Shown here: piece after piece, positions 36,522 to 45,735 of the stretch
Position numbering within the stretch: position 1 is the first letter of the stretch
How the letters are laid out: every line of letters begins with the position of its first letter
Source: an uncultured Eubacteriales bacterium
GTDB lineage: Bacteria > Bacillota > Clostridia > Saccharofermentanales > UBA5734
Direction: 5' to 3'
Assembly: GCA_903919045.1 (NCBI GenBank)
Contig: CAIXGU010000272.1
Location: 10,574 to 74,573, forward strand
DNA: 64,000 bases
Translations under genes and position numbers: made by a program
Notes under the pieces: model-generated
Databases searched by the model: none
Told to the model about the DNA's origin: nothing
What the model saw: the letters and a program-made list of their open reading frames with translations, nothing else

Positions 36522-36573
36522 GGCCGCTCCCTCCTTCCCTTCTCTGCCTTCTCCACCGGAGCGGAGAGCGGCC

Positions 36574-37092
36574 TCAATCCCGCAGGCCGTCCGGCAGGAC
36601 GACCCGCACGAGCCGGCCGTCGATGTCGACGGACCGCACCACCGTCTTCAGGGCGGGGACCAGCAGGTCCTTCGCCCCGGCCTTGCGGACGAGATAGACG
36701 TCGTTGCTGCCGGTCTCGAGGACGTCCTCGAGCGTGCCCAGGTCCTCGCCGTCCTCGGTCTCGACGCGGCAGCCGATCAGGTCGCAGACGAACCACGAGC
36801 CCGGCGGCAGCCGGATCGCGTCCTCGCGGGCGACCAGCAGGTGCCGGCCGCACAGCCGCTCGGCCGCGTCGCGGTCCTCGACGCCGGCGAGGCGCACGAG
36901 GACCAGGCCCGGCTGGTGCCGGACGCCGGCGATGCGGCAGGGCGACGGCGGCTGGCCGGCCTCCCCTTCGAGCAGGCAGTCCTTCAGCCGGTCGAGGCGC
37001 CGCGGGTCGTCCGAGAGAAGCTGCACGCGCAGCTCCCCGCGGATCCCGTGGGCGCCGACGATGCGTCCGACCTGGAGATGCGGGGCGAGCAT
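36574..37092 (-). CDS. rimM: 16S rRNA processing protein RimM
   Basis: 172 aa with VGRIVGAHGIRGELRV and a PRC barrel C-terminus. Confidence 0.9.
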   Translation of the reverse strand: MLAPHLQVGRIVGAHGIRGELRVQLLSDDPRRLDRLKDCLLEGEAGQPPSPCRIAGVRHQPGLVLVRLAGVEDRDAAERLCGRHLLVAREDAIRLPPGSWFVCDLIGCRVETEDGEDLGTLEDVLETGSNDVYLVRKAGAKDLLVPALKTVVRSVDIDGRLVRVVLPDGLRD

Positions 37093-37104
37093 GCCGTGCC
37101 TCCG

Positions 37105-37332
37105 TCAGACGATCTTGACGTCGACGCGGCGGCCGTCGCGCGCCGCGCGGGCCTTCATGAGGGCTCGGATCGCCTGCGCGATGCGGCCCTGCTTGCCGAT
37201 CACCTTGCCCATGTCGTCCGGCGCGACGCGCAGCTCGAGGACCACGAGGTCCCCCTGGTCGTACCGGTCCACGGTCACGGCGTCCGGGTCGTTGACGAGG
37301 GACCGGACGATCGAAACCAGAAGATCCTTCAT
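37105..37332 (-). CDS. KH-domain RNA-binding protein (YlqC family)
   Basis: 75 aa with the GxxG motif VIGKQGRIA. It lies between rpsP and rimM, as in Firmicutes. Confidence 0.88.
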   Translation of the reverse strand: MKDLLVSIVRSLVNDPDAVTVDRYDQGDLVVLELRVAPDDMGKVIGKQGRIAQAIRALMKARAARDGRRVDVKIV

Positions 37333-37345
37333 GTCGGATCCCTCC

Positions 37346-37588
37346 CTACAGGACGCCCGCCTTCTTCAGGAGCGCACGCACCGTGTCGGTCGGCTGGGCG
37401 CCGTTCGCGACCCACTTCTTCGCCTTCTCGACGTCCACCTTGACGGTCGCCGGGTCGGTCTTCGGGTCGTACGTGCCGATCTCCTCGATGAAGCGCCCGT
37501 CGCGCGGGTAGCGGGAATCCGCCACGACCACCCGGTAGAAGGGGGACTTCTTCATGCCGATCTTCTTGAGACGGATCTTGACTGCCAT
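37346..37588 (-). CDS. rpsP: 30S ribosomal protein S16
   Basis: 80 aa starting [26 protein letters not shown], with RBS AAGGAGGAA. It is the C-terminal end of the spurious long ORF 37346-38794. Confidence 0.96.
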   Translation of the reverse strand: MAVKIRLKKIGMKKSPFYRVVVADSRYPRDGRFIEEIGTYDPKTDPATVKVDVEKAKKWVANGAQPTDTVRALLKKAGVL

Positions 37589-37629
37589 GTTCGTTTCCTC
37601 CTTGATTCCTTCTTCTCTATGCGCAGGGG

Positions 37630-38973
37630 TCAGAACGGGAAGCCGGGCATCCCGGGCATCCGTCCGCGTCCCTTCGACATCGACTGGAATTGCTTCATCA
37701 TCTTCGCGGTGTCCTCGTACTGGCGCACGACGCGGTTCACGTCCTGCACCTGCGTCCCGGACCCGGCGGCGATGCGCTTGCGGCGGCTGGCGTTGAGGAG
37801 GTCCGGGTTGAGGCGCTCGCGCACGGTCATCGACCGCAGGATCGCGATCGTCCGCTTCACTTGGCGCTCGTCGATCTGGGCGTCGCCCAGCTTCGCCTTG
37901 TTCGCGCCCGGAATCATCTCGAGCACGTCCTTCATGGACCCCATCTTCTCGACCTCCTCCATCTGGGACAGCATGTCCTGGAGGGAGAAGCGGTTCTTCC
38001 GAAGGTTCTCGAGCGACTCGCGCGCCTTCTTCTCGTCGAGGGCGGCGGTCGCCTTCTCGATCAGGCCCAGCACGTCGCCCATGCCGAGGATGCGCGAGGC
38101 CATCCGGTCGGGGACGAACTCCTCGAACCCGTCGACCTTCTCTCCGACGCCGGCGAACTTGATCGGCTTGCCCGTCATCCGGCGGATCGACAGGGCCGCG
38201 CCGCCGCGGGCGTCGCCGTCGAGCTTGGACATCACGAAGCCGTCGACGCCGATCTCCTTGTCGAAGGCCTGCGCGACCGCGACCGCCTCCTGCCCGATCA
38301 TCGCGTCGACGACGAGCAGGGTCTCGCTCGGCTTCACGGCGTCGCGGATCCGGCGGAGCTCCTCCATCAGGTCCGGGTCGACGGTCATCCGGCCGGCGGT
38401 GTCGAGGATCAGCGTGTCCTGGAACAGGTACTTCGCTCGCTCGACGGCCTTCTTCGCGAGGGCGACGGCGTCGGTCGCGTCGGGCTGGATGAAGCACGGG
38501 AGGGCGACCTGGCCCGCCAGGACCTCGAGCTGGCGCGCCGCCGCGGGGCGGTGCACGTCGCAGGAGGCGAGCATCGGCTTCTTGCCCTTCTTCTTGAGGT
38601 AGAGGCCGAGCTTGCCGGCGGTCGTCGTCTTGCCGGCGCCCTGGAGGCCGCAGAGGAGGATCACGGTGAAGCCCGTCGGGGAGACGGCGAGCCGGCTGGC
38701 GGTCGCGCCGAGCATCCCGGAGAGGGCGGCGTGGACGATCCCCACGATCTGCTGGCCCGGCGTGAGGCTCTCCATCACGGCCGCGCCGCGGCACTGCTCG
38801 GTCACCTCGTCGACGAACTGCTTCACGACCTGGTAGTGGACGTCGGCCTCGAGCAGCGCGAGTCGGATCTCGCGCATCATGTCGCGGATATCCTGCTCGG
38901 TGACGCGCGCCTTGCCCTTCATGCGGGCGGCTGCGGCCTGGAGCTTGTCCGAGAGGCTGGAGAAGAAGGCCAT
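37630..38973 (-). CDS. ffh: Signal recognition particle protein Ffh
   Basis: 447 aa with NG domain motifs GLQGAGKTT and DTAGR. It has a Met-rich M domain. Confidence 0.96.
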   Translation of the reverse strand: MAFFSSLSDKLQAAAARMKGKARVTEQDIRDMMREIRLALLEADVHYQVVKQFVDEVTEQCRGAAVMESLTPGQQIVGIVHAALSGMLGATASRLAVSPTGFTVILLCGLQGAGKTTTAGKLGLYLKKKGKKPMLASCDVHRPAAARQLEVLAGQVALPCFIQPDATDAVALAKKAVERAKYLFQDTLILDTAGRMTVDPDLMEELRRIRDAVKPSETLLVVDAMIGQEAVAVAQAFDKEIGVDGFVMSKLDGDARGGAALSIRRMTGKPIKFAGVGEKVDGFEEFVPDRMASRILGMGDVLGLIEKATAALDEKKARESLENLRKNRFSLQDMLSQMEEVEKMGSMKDVLEMIPGANKAKLGDAQIDERQVKRTIAILRSMTVRERLNPDLLNASRRKRIAAGSGTQVQDVNRVVRQYEDTAKMMKQFQSMSKGRGRMPGMPGFPF

Positions 38974-38996
38974 CGTCGCTGTCCCCTATCCTTCCG

Positions 38997-39347
38997 TCAT
39001 CCTTCGAGCGCGTCGAGGAGCCTGCGGAGCTCCGCGGCCGCTTCGTCCGCGCGTCCTTCCGCGATCGCGCGGAGCGCCGCCTCGACCTGCGCGCGCTGGG
39101 CGCCGAACCGGGCGGCGAGCCCGAGCTTCGCCTCGTAGGCGAGGAGCTGCGACAGGCCGCGCGACACGCCGTCGTGCACCGCCTGGCGGCTGGTGCCCGT
39201 CTGTTCGGCGATCTCGCCGTACGAGAGGTCCTCTTCGTAGTGCAGCGACAGCAGGCGGCGGACGCGCTCCGTGAGGAGGCTGCCGTAGAAGTCCAGCAGG
39301 AGGCAGGCTTCGACGCTGCGGTCGACGGAAGGGATGCCGACGGTCAT
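38997..39347 (-). CDS. ylxM: YlxM/p13-like putative helix-turn-helix protein
   Basis: 116 aa with [32 protein letters not shown]. It lies immediately upstream of ffh. Confidence 0.85.
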   Translation of the reverse strand: MTVGIPSVDRSVEACLLLDFYGSLLTERVRRLLSLHYEEDLSYGEIAEQTGTSRQAVHDGVSRGLSQLLAYEAKLGLAARFGAQRAQVEAALRAIAEGRADEAAAELRRLLDALEG

Positions 39348-39353
39348 GGGACA

Positions 39354-39382
39354 AGGATACAGGGCGACGGAAGGGCTGTCAA
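39354..39382 (-). promoter_or_regulatory. Candidate promoter TTGACA / 17 nt / TATCCT placing the TSS at the ylxM ATG
   Basis: On the minus strand: -35 TTGACA (39382-39377), a 17-nt spacer, then -10 TATCCT (39359-39354). Only 6 nt separate the -10 from ATG 39347, and no SD is present. Confidence 0.4.
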
Positions 39383-39425
39383 GACGTTTTCCTTGACGGG
39401 GTCGGCGGTGCGGGTCCGCCCTTCC

Positions 39426-40340
39426 CTAGGCTTCCGGCAGGAGGCCCTCCAGGAAGGCGTCGGCGTCGAAGTCCACGAGGTCCTCGAGCCGCTCGCCGAG
39501 CCCGGCGAGGAGGATCGGGACCTTCGTCTCGGACGCGACGGCGAGGGCGACGCCGCCCTTCGCGTTCCCGTCGAGCTTCGTGAGGCAGATGCCGTCCACC
39601 GCAGCCGCCTCTCGGAAGAGCTTCGCCTGGACGACCGCGTTCTGGCCGGTCGTGGCGTCGATCACGAGCAAGGTCGTGCACCGGGCGTCCGGAGCCTCGC
39701 GGGCGATCACGCGGCGGATCTTCGCGAGCTCGTCCATCAGGTTCTGCTTGTTGTGCAGCCGACCCGCGGTGTCGACGATCAGCACGCCGGCGCGGCGCGC
39801 CTTCGCCGCCTGCACCGCGTCGAAGACCACGGCGGCGGGGTCGGAGCCCTCGGACTGGCGGATCAGGGTCGCGCCGGACGCCTTCGCCCAGTGCTCGAGC
39901 TGCTCGATCGCCGCCGCGCGGAAGGTGTCCGCGGCCGCGAGCACGCAGGAGCGGCCCTCCGCCGAGAAGCGCGCGCAGAGCTTTCCGGCGGTGGTGGTCT
40001 TGCCCGTGCCGTTCACGCCGACGAGGAGCACGATGGTGAGCCGCCCGTCGTCGAGCGCAAGGCGCCGGTCTTCGCCCAGGAGCTTCCGCAGCTCGACGCG
40101 GAGCATCGCGACGGCCTGCGCGCGGCCGAGCCGGCCGGTCTCCTTCATGCGGTCGCGTAGGGCGTCGAGCGCGCGCGTCGTCGCGGGCACCCCGACGTCG
40201 GCGGCGACGAGGAGCATCTCGAGCTCGTCGAGCATCCCCTCGTCGAACCAGCCGAGGCCCGCCGCGAGGCGGCCGAATCCCTCGGACAGCGACGTGCGCG
40301 TCTTCTCGAGGCCGCGCCGGAACGAATCGAACAGGCCCAT
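39426..40340 (-). CDS. ftsY: Signal recognition particle receptor FtsY
   Basis: 304 aa from the internal Met (MGLFDSFRRGLEKT). NG domain motifs are GVNGTGKTTT, DTAGRLHNK and TKLDG. The upstream 724 codons of ORF 39426-42512 overlap smc and are spurious. Confidence 0.95.
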   Translation of the reverse strand: MGLFDSFRRGLEKTRTSLSEGFGRLAAGLGWFDEGMLDELEMLLVAADVGVPATTRALDALRDRMKETGRLGRAQAVAMLRVELRKLLGEDRRLALDDGRLTIVLLVGVNGTGKTTTAGKLCARFSAEGRSCVLAAADTFRAAAIEQLEHWAKASGATLIRQSEGSDPAAVVFDAVQAAKARRAGVLIVDTAGRLHNKQNLMDELAKIRRVIAREAPDARCTTLLVIDATTGQNAVVQAKLFREAAAVDGICLTKLDGNAKGGVALAVASETKVPILLAGLGERLEDLVDFDADAFLEGLLPEA

Positions 40341-40360
40341 TCCGCCCCTCCCCTTCGGCG

Positions 40361-43300
40361 TCAATCGCCGAGGTGCATCGAGAGCACCCGCGAGACGCCG
40401 CGCTCCTGCATCGTGACGCCGTAGAGGCGGTCGGACGCCTCCATGGTGCCCTTCCGGTGCGTCACGAGGATGAACTGCGAATCGGCGGAGTAGCGGTGGA
40501 TGTACTCCGTGAAACGGAAGACGTTGCTGTCGTCGAGCGCCGCCTCGATCTCGTCGAGCACGCAGAACGGCGTCGGGCGGAGCTTCAGGATCGCGAAGAG
40601 CAGCGCGATCGCCGTGAGGCAGCGCTCCCCGCCGGACAGCAGCATCATGTTCTGGAGCTTCTTGCCGGGCGGCTGCGCCTTGATCTCGATGCCGCACTCC
40701 AGGAGGTTCTCCTCGTCCTCGAGGGCGAGCTCGGCTGCGCCGCCGCCGAACAGCTCCGAGAAGACGATGTTGAAGTTCGCGTTGATGGCCTTGAAGTGGT
40801 CGAGGAAGAGGGTCTTCATCTCCTCGGTGATCTCCGCGATCACCTTGCGGAGCTTGCCGCGCGCCTCCTCGATGTCGTCGCGCTGGGCGCGGGTGAACTC
40901 GAGGCGGGTGCGGACCTGCTCGTACTCCTCGATCGCGCCGACGTTGACGTCGCCGAGGTCGCGCATCCGCTGGCGGAGCTCGTTCGTCTGCCGCTGCGCG
41001 GCCTGCACGCTCTGGATCTCCCGGCGCCACGGCGCGGCGGTCTCGGCGGTGAGCTCGTACTCCTCCCAGAGCCGGTTGCGGACGTCGTCGAGGGAGCCCT
41101 CGAAGCGCTGCTTCCTGACCTCGATGCGGGCCATCTCGCCCTGGAGCAGGGCCAGCCGCGCGGTCATCGCCTCGAGGCGGTCCGTGTAGTCGCGCTCGGC
41201 GGCGTCCTGCGCCTCCTTGCGGGCCTGGAGCGTCCGGACCCGCTCGGCGGAGGCCTCGGAGGCCTCCTTCGCCGCGAGCAGCTCCTTCTCGAGGGCGAGG
41301 ATGCCCTCGGAGAGGCGGGCCGATTCGGCGACGCCGCTGGCGCGCTCCTCGGTGCGGCGCTGGATGCCGGCCGCGTGGGCCGTCTTCTCGCCTTCGATGC
41401 GCGCGGACATCTCCTTCGCGGAGGCGAGGCTCTCCTCGACGGACCCGACGGAGATGCGGAGCCCGGAGATCGTCTCTCGCAGGTCGTCGCGGCGTTCCTG
41501 TTCCTGCCGGCTCTTCCCCTCCGACGCGCCCAGGCGCTCGCGGATGCCCGCGATCTCCTTCGAGATCGCCTCCGCGTCGGCGTCGAGCGCCGTCGCTTCC
41601 TTCAGGATGCCGTCCTTCGTCGCCGCGAGCTGCTCGTCCTCGGCCTTCAGCATCGCCGAGCGGGAGCCGTCGCGCTGGATGTCGGCGTCGATGCGCGCCA
41701 GGCGGGACTCCTCGCGGATCCGCTCGTGCGTGAGGTCGGTCGACTCCTTCTCGAGCACGCCGATGCGCCGCGCGCACTCGGCGAGCGCCGACTCCTTGCC
41801 GGGCAGCGCCTGCTCGAGGCCGCGGATCTCGCCTTCCATCGCGGCGACCTCGGCCTTCAAGGACTCGATCTCGCGGGCGCGGCCGAGGAGGCCGCTCACG
41901 GCCTGCCGCGCGTAGCCGCCGGTGATCGGGCCGCCGGCGCCGACCACGTCGCCGTCGAGCGTGACGATCCGGAACGCGTAGCCGCATAGGCGCGCGAGCC
42001 CGATCGCCGCTTCGAGGTCGGTCGCGACCGCCGTGCGCCCGAGGAGGTTCGCGAGGATCGGGCGCAGATCGGCGTCGATGCCGACGAGGTCCGAGGCGAT
42101 GCCCACGTAGCCCTTGCGCCCGGCCAGCTTGCGCAGGTGCTCGGGTTCGAGGGAGCGTGCGGAGATCGACGAGATCGGCAGGAACGTGGCGCGGCCGGCG
42201 CGGGTCTCCTTGAGGAAGGAGATCAGGCGCGAGGCCGTCGGCTCGGTGTCGACGACGATGTTCTGGACGGCGGGGCCGAGGGCGATCTCGAGGGCCGTCT
42301 CGTACTCCGACGGCACGCGCACGAGATCGCCGAGCGTCCCGCGGATTCCCTCCGCGAACGGCGTCTCCGCCTCCGCCTTCTTCAGGATCGACCGGACGGG
42401 CTCGCTGTAGCCCTCGTGCGCGCGCTCGAGCTCGGTCAGCGTGCGGATGCGGTACTGACGGTTCTGCACGTCGAGCCTGCGGTTCTCGAGTGCGAGCGCC
42501 GTCTGCGTGCACTCCTTCTTCAGCCCCTCGAGCGTCTCCCGTTCGGCGGACAGCGCACCGGCGCGCTGGTTGAGGCCCGCGGTCGCGGCGTCGACGAGCG
42601 CCTGGGCGTCCTCCCTCTGGAGGGACAGGCGGTCCCCGTCGCTCACGAGGGCGGCGATCTCGGCGGCGATCGCGCGGCGGCGCTGGTCGACGAGCGGCGT
42701 CTGGCCGCGCGTCTGCTGCGCCTGGGACTTCTTCTCGAACAGCGTCTCCTGGAGCTGCTCGAGTCGGCTCCGCAAGCCCTCGCTCTCGCGCTCGGAGGCC
42801 GACAGGCTCTCGAGGATGCCGCGCATCTCCTCCTCGTAGCTGGAGAGCTTCGCGGCGTACCCCTGGAGCTGGGCGGCGAGCTGCGCCTCCTTCTGGCGGC
42901 GGCCGGCGAGCTCGGCGTCGAGGCGCTCGATCGCCGCGGCGGCGTCCTTCTCCTCGCCCTCGCCGCGCCGCGCGCGCTCCTCGATCTGGACGATGCGCTC
43001 TCGGTCGAGGACGATGCGGCCCTCGACCTCGGTCATCTGCGTGCGCAGTCCCGCGAACGCGGTGCGCTCCTCCTCGATCTCCGCCTCGAGCGATTTCTGC
43101 GTCTCGAAGGATTCGCGGTGGCGCGACTTCGCCTCTTCGAGGCGTCCGTTCTCCTCGTCGAGATCCTGGCGCGCCGTCGTCATCTCCTCCGCGGTCTCGC
43201 GGAGGCGCACGAGGAGCCCGTCGATCGTCTCGAGGAAGAGCGCGACCTCGGTCCCCTTCAGCTCATCGCGGAGGAGCAGGTAGCGCTTCGCGGTCTCGGC

Positions 43301-43924
43301 GGCCACGGCCAGGGGTTCGACGCGCCGGTCGAGCTCGGCCAGCAGGTCGTCGATGCGGACGAGGTTCTGCTCGGTCGCGAGGAGCTTGCGCTCCGATTCG
43401 TCCTTCCGCGTCTTGAACTTCATGATGCCCGAGGCTTCCTCGAAGACGCGGCGGCGGTCCTCCGAGCGGCTGCTCAGGATCTCGTCGACCCGGCCCTGGC
43501 CGACGATCGAGTATCCGTCGCGGCCGAGCCCGGTGTCCATGAAGAGCATCGTGATGTCCTTGAGGCGGCACGTGACCTTGTTGATGAGGTATTCGCTCTC
43601 ACCGGAGCGGTAGAGGCGGCGCGTCACCTGGATCTCGGTGTATTCCACCGGCAGGCGGCCGTCGGAGTTGTCGATCACGATGGTGACTTCGGCGAACCCC
43701 AGGGCGCGGCGCGTCTGGGTGCCCGTGAAGATCACGTCCTCCATGCGGGATCCGCGCAGCGTCCGCACGCTCGTCTCGCCCAGGACCCAGCGGATGGCGT
43801 CGGTGATGTTCGACTTGCCGCTTCCGTTCGGTCCGACGATGGAGGTGATGCCGTTGTGGAACTCGATGACGGTCTTCTCAGGGAAGGACTTGAACCCCTG
43901 GATCTCGAGCGACTTCAGATACAT
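40361..43924 (-). CDS. smc: Chromosome partition protein Smc
   Basis: 1187 aa with N-terminal Walker A GPNGSGKSN, long coiled coils, a hinge and C-terminal LSGGE plus Walker B. Confidence 0.97.
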   Translation of the reverse strand: MYLKSLEIQGFKSFPEKTVIEFHNGITSIVGPNGSGKSNITDAIRWVLGETSVRTLRGSRMEDVIFTGTQTRRALGFAEVTIVIDNSDGRLPVEYTEIQVTRRLYRSGESEYLINKVTCRLKDITMLFMDTGLGRDGYSIVGQGRVDEILSSRSEDRRRVFEEASGIMKFKTRKDESERKLLATEQNLVRIDDLLAELDRRVEPLAVAAETAKRYLLLRDELKGTEVALFLETIDGLLVRLRETAEEMTTARQDLDEENGRLEEAKSRHRESFETQKSLEAEIEEERTAFAGLRTQMTEVEGRIVLDRERIVQIEERARRGEGEEKDAAAAIERLDAELAGRRQKEAQLAAQLQGYAAKLSSYEEEMRGILESLSASERESEGLRSRLEQLQETLFEKKSQAQQTRGQTPLVDQRRRAIAAEIAALVSDGDRLSLQREDAQALVDAATAGLNQRAGALSAERETLEGLKKECTQTALALENRRLDVQNRQYRIRTLTELERAHEGYSEPVRSILKKAEAETPFAEGIRGTLGDLVRVPSEYETALEIALGPAVQNIVVDTEPTASRLISFLKETRAGRATFLPISSISARSLEPEHLRKLAGRKGYVGIASDLVGIDADLRPILANLLGRTAVATDLEAAIGLARLCGYAFRIVTLDGDVVGAGGPITGGYARQAVSGLLGRAREIESLKAEVAAMEGEIRGLEQALPGKESALAECARRIGVLEKESTDLTHERIREESRLARIDADIQRDGSRSAMLKAEDEQLAATKDGILKEATALDADAEAISKEIAGIRERLGASEGKSRQEQERRDDLRETISGLRISVGSVEESLASAKEMSARIEGEKTAHAAGIQRRTEERASGVAESARLSEGILALEKELLAAKEASEASAERVRTLQARKEAQDAAERDYTDRLEAMTARLALLQGEMARIEVRKQRFEGSLDDVRNRLWEEYELTAETAAPWRREIQSVQAAQRQTNELRQRMRDLGDVNVGAIEEYEQVRTRLEFTRAQRDDIEEARGKLRKVIAEITEEMKTLFLDHFKAINANFNIVFSELFGGGAAELALEDEENLLECGIEIKAQPPGKKLQNMMLLSGGERCLTAIALLFAILKLRPTPFCVLDEIEAALDDSNVFRFTEYIHRYSADSQFILVTHRKGTMEASDRLYGVTMQERGVSRVLSMHLGD

Positions 43925-43954
43925 GCGGTCTCCCCGGGTCGTTGCTGTCTCGGA

Positions 43955-44710
43955 TTATAGCATACGGTCCGGTTCCGCCTGCGCGGCGCCATTCCCTGCG
44001 GCGAGCGCCGCGACCGCTGCCGAGGCGGCCTCCTGCTCGGCTTCCTGCTTGCTTGCGCCCTCTCCCGCTCCGACGACGGCGCCGTCGACGAGCGCTTCGG
44101 CCGCATACCGGCGGGCATGGGCCGGGCCCTCCTCCCGGACGATCCGGAACGAGGCTTTCCGGCGGACCGTGCCGGCCTGGACGATCTCGAGGAGGCGGCT
44201 CTTGGCGTCGAGTGCGTGGCGGTCGCGCACCGCTCCGGCGATCCGATCCCCGTAGAGCCGGAGCACGACGGCTTCGGCGGCCTCGAAGCCCCCGTCGAGG
44301 AAGACGGCGCCCAGGACCGCCTCCAGGGCGTTCGAGAGGTTGGAGACGCGGTCACGGCCTCCCGTGCCCTCTTCGCCGCGGCCGAAACGCAGGAGCGCGC
44401 CGAGCCCGATCCGACGGGCGAGCGCGGCCTGGGTGCGCTCGCTGACGAGCAGCGCCCGGATGCGGGTCATCTCGCCTTCCGGAAGGCGATCCGGCCAGGA
44501 CTGGAGGGTCTTCGCGACCGTCAGGGAGAAAACGGCGTCGCCGAGGAACTCCAGGCGCTCGTTGTCCTCGGCGGCCTCGGACGGATTCTCGTACGCGAAG
44601 GTGGGGTGCACGAGGGCCGTGCGCAGGAGCGCCGGGTCGCGGAAGACGTAGCCGAGGGCCCGCTCCAGTTCCTGCAGCGGTCCGGTCCGGGACGTGTCCG
44701 CGTCCGCCAT
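43955..44710 (-). CDS. rnc: Ribonuclease III
   Basis: 251 aa from Met12 of the ORF, with RBS GGGGGAG upstream. Has the signature ERLEFLGDAV and a dsRBD C-terminus. Confidence 0.93.
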   Translation of the reverse strand: MADADTSRTGPLQELERALGYVFRDPALLRTALVHPTFAYENPSEAAEDNERLEFLGDAVFSLTVAKTLQSWPDRLPEGEMTRIRALLVSERTQAALARRIGLGALLRFGRGEEGTGGRDRVSNLSNALEAVLGAVFLDGGFEAAEAVVLRLYGDRIAGAVRDRHALDAKSRLLEIVQAGTVRRKASFRIVREEGPAHARRYAAEALVDGAVVGAGEGASKQEAEQEAASAAVAALAAGNGAAQAEPDRML

Positions 44711-44743
44711 GGCGACGCTCCCCCTTTCGCTCCCTCGATGCAA

Positions 44744-44767
44744 GAAGCCCCTCGCGAGAGGGGCTTC
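44744..44767 (-). terminator. Perfect 10-bp GC hairpin between acpP and rnc (terminator or attenuator, or RNase III target)
   Basis: The stem pairs GAAGCCCCTC with GAGGGGCTTC around a 4-nt loop. On the minus strand only UU follows the stem. It lies 34 nt upstream of the rnc ATG. Confidence 0.45.
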
Positions 44768-44790
44768 CCGAAGTCCTGGATTCGGTCCGG

Positions 44791-45030
44791 TCAGGTGTTG
44801 GCCCGGATGAACTCGACCGCGTCTCCGACCGTCTTGATCTTCTCGGCTTCCTCGTCCGGGATGGAGATGCTGAACTCCTGCTCCATCGCCATGACCAGCT
44901 CGACGATGTCGAGGGAATCCGCATTCAGGTCGTCGATGAAGCTGCTCTCCATCGTCACGGCGTCCGCTTCGACTCCGAGCTGTTCGACGAGAATGTTCTT
45001 GACCGACTCGAAAATGGCGTCAGTGGACAT
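44791..45030 (-). CDS. acpP: Acyl carrier protein
   Basis: 79 aa with the phosphopantetheine attachment motif DLNADSLD. Confidence 0.96.
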   Translation of the reverse strand: MSTDAIFESVKNILVEQLGVEADAVTMESSFIDDLNADSLDIVELVMAMEQEFSISIPDEEAEKIKTVGDAVEFIRANT

Positions 45031-45062
45031 CTTTCTACCTCCGTAAGGGCTGCGTCAATCCG

Positions 45063-45091
45063 TTTGTATATGAAAGCCCGGAAAATGTCAA
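45063..45091 (-). promoter_or_regulatory. Candidate acpP promoter (TTGACA / 17 nt / TACAAA)
   Basis: On the minus strand, in a locally AT-rich spacer: -35 TTGACA (45091-45086) and -10 TACAAA (45068-45063). An alternative -10 is TATACA. Confidence 0.45.
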
Positions 45092-45105
45092 GACTATCAA
45101 ACTAT

Positions 45106-45735
45106 CTAGGCGGACGCGCCGGAATCGCGCAGGGCGCCGGCGTGCGCGACCACGTAATCGATGCCGGACCAGATCGTCAGGGCCACGGCGACCAGCATCA
45201 GGAACTGCCCGGCGGGCACGAGGACCGGCGGGTAGACGCCCTCGAGCAGCACGGCCAGGATCGCGACGATCTGGGTGACGGTCTTGGTCTTCCCGAGCCA
45301 GCTCGCGGCGATCACCACGCCCTTGTCGGAGGCGACCATCCGGAGCGCGCTCACGACGAACTCCCGGAGGAGGATCACGATCACGGCGAGCGCGCCGACG
45401 CGGCCGATCGCGACGAGCGCGACGAGCACGGAGGCGACGAGCACCTTGTCCGCGATCGGGTCGAGGAACTTCCCCAGGTTCGTGACGAGGCCGCGCCGGC
45501 GCGCGATCGACCCGTCCAGCGTGTCGGTGAGGGCGGCGACGAGGAAGAGCGCGGCCGCGACGTAGAGGCCGGGGCCGCTGACGAAGACCATGAAGCGCCA
45601 GAGCGCCGCAGCCACGGAGTGCCACCCGGCGTCGTCGAGGAACCGGACGAAGGAGGACGGAATCGGCAGGACGAAGACGAGGATGAAGGGCACGAGCAGG
45701 ATGCGGGACAGCGTGAGCCGGTTCGGCAGGTTCAC
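45106..45735 (-). CDS. pgsA: CDP-diacylglycerol--glycerol-3-phosphate 3-phosphatidyltransferase
   Basis: 209 aa with the CDP-alcohol phosphotransferase motif DTLDGSIARRRGLVTNLGKFLDPIADK. It has multiple TM segments. Confidence 0.9.
   Translation of the reverse strand: MNLPNRLTLSRILLVPFILVFVLPIPSSFVRFLDDAGWHSVAAALWRFMVFVSGPGLYVAAALFLVAALTDTLDGSIARRRGLVTNLGKFLDPIADKVLVASVLVALVAIGRVGALAVIVILLREFVVSALRMVASDKGVVIAASWLGKTKTVTQIVAILAVLLEGVYPPVLVPAGQFLMLVAVALTIWSGIDYVVAHAGALRDSGASA

Noticed and set aside
40341-42512. N-terminal extensions of real genes in the ORF track (e.g. ftsY ORF back to 42512, mutS to 3768, rarA to 23567, murJ to 51684, cinA to 52394, ftsK to 57345)
   Set aside because: The extensions overlap upstream genes in other frames and are low-complexity. 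Conserved N-termini, RBS motifs and stop/start overlaps support the shorter starts used here.
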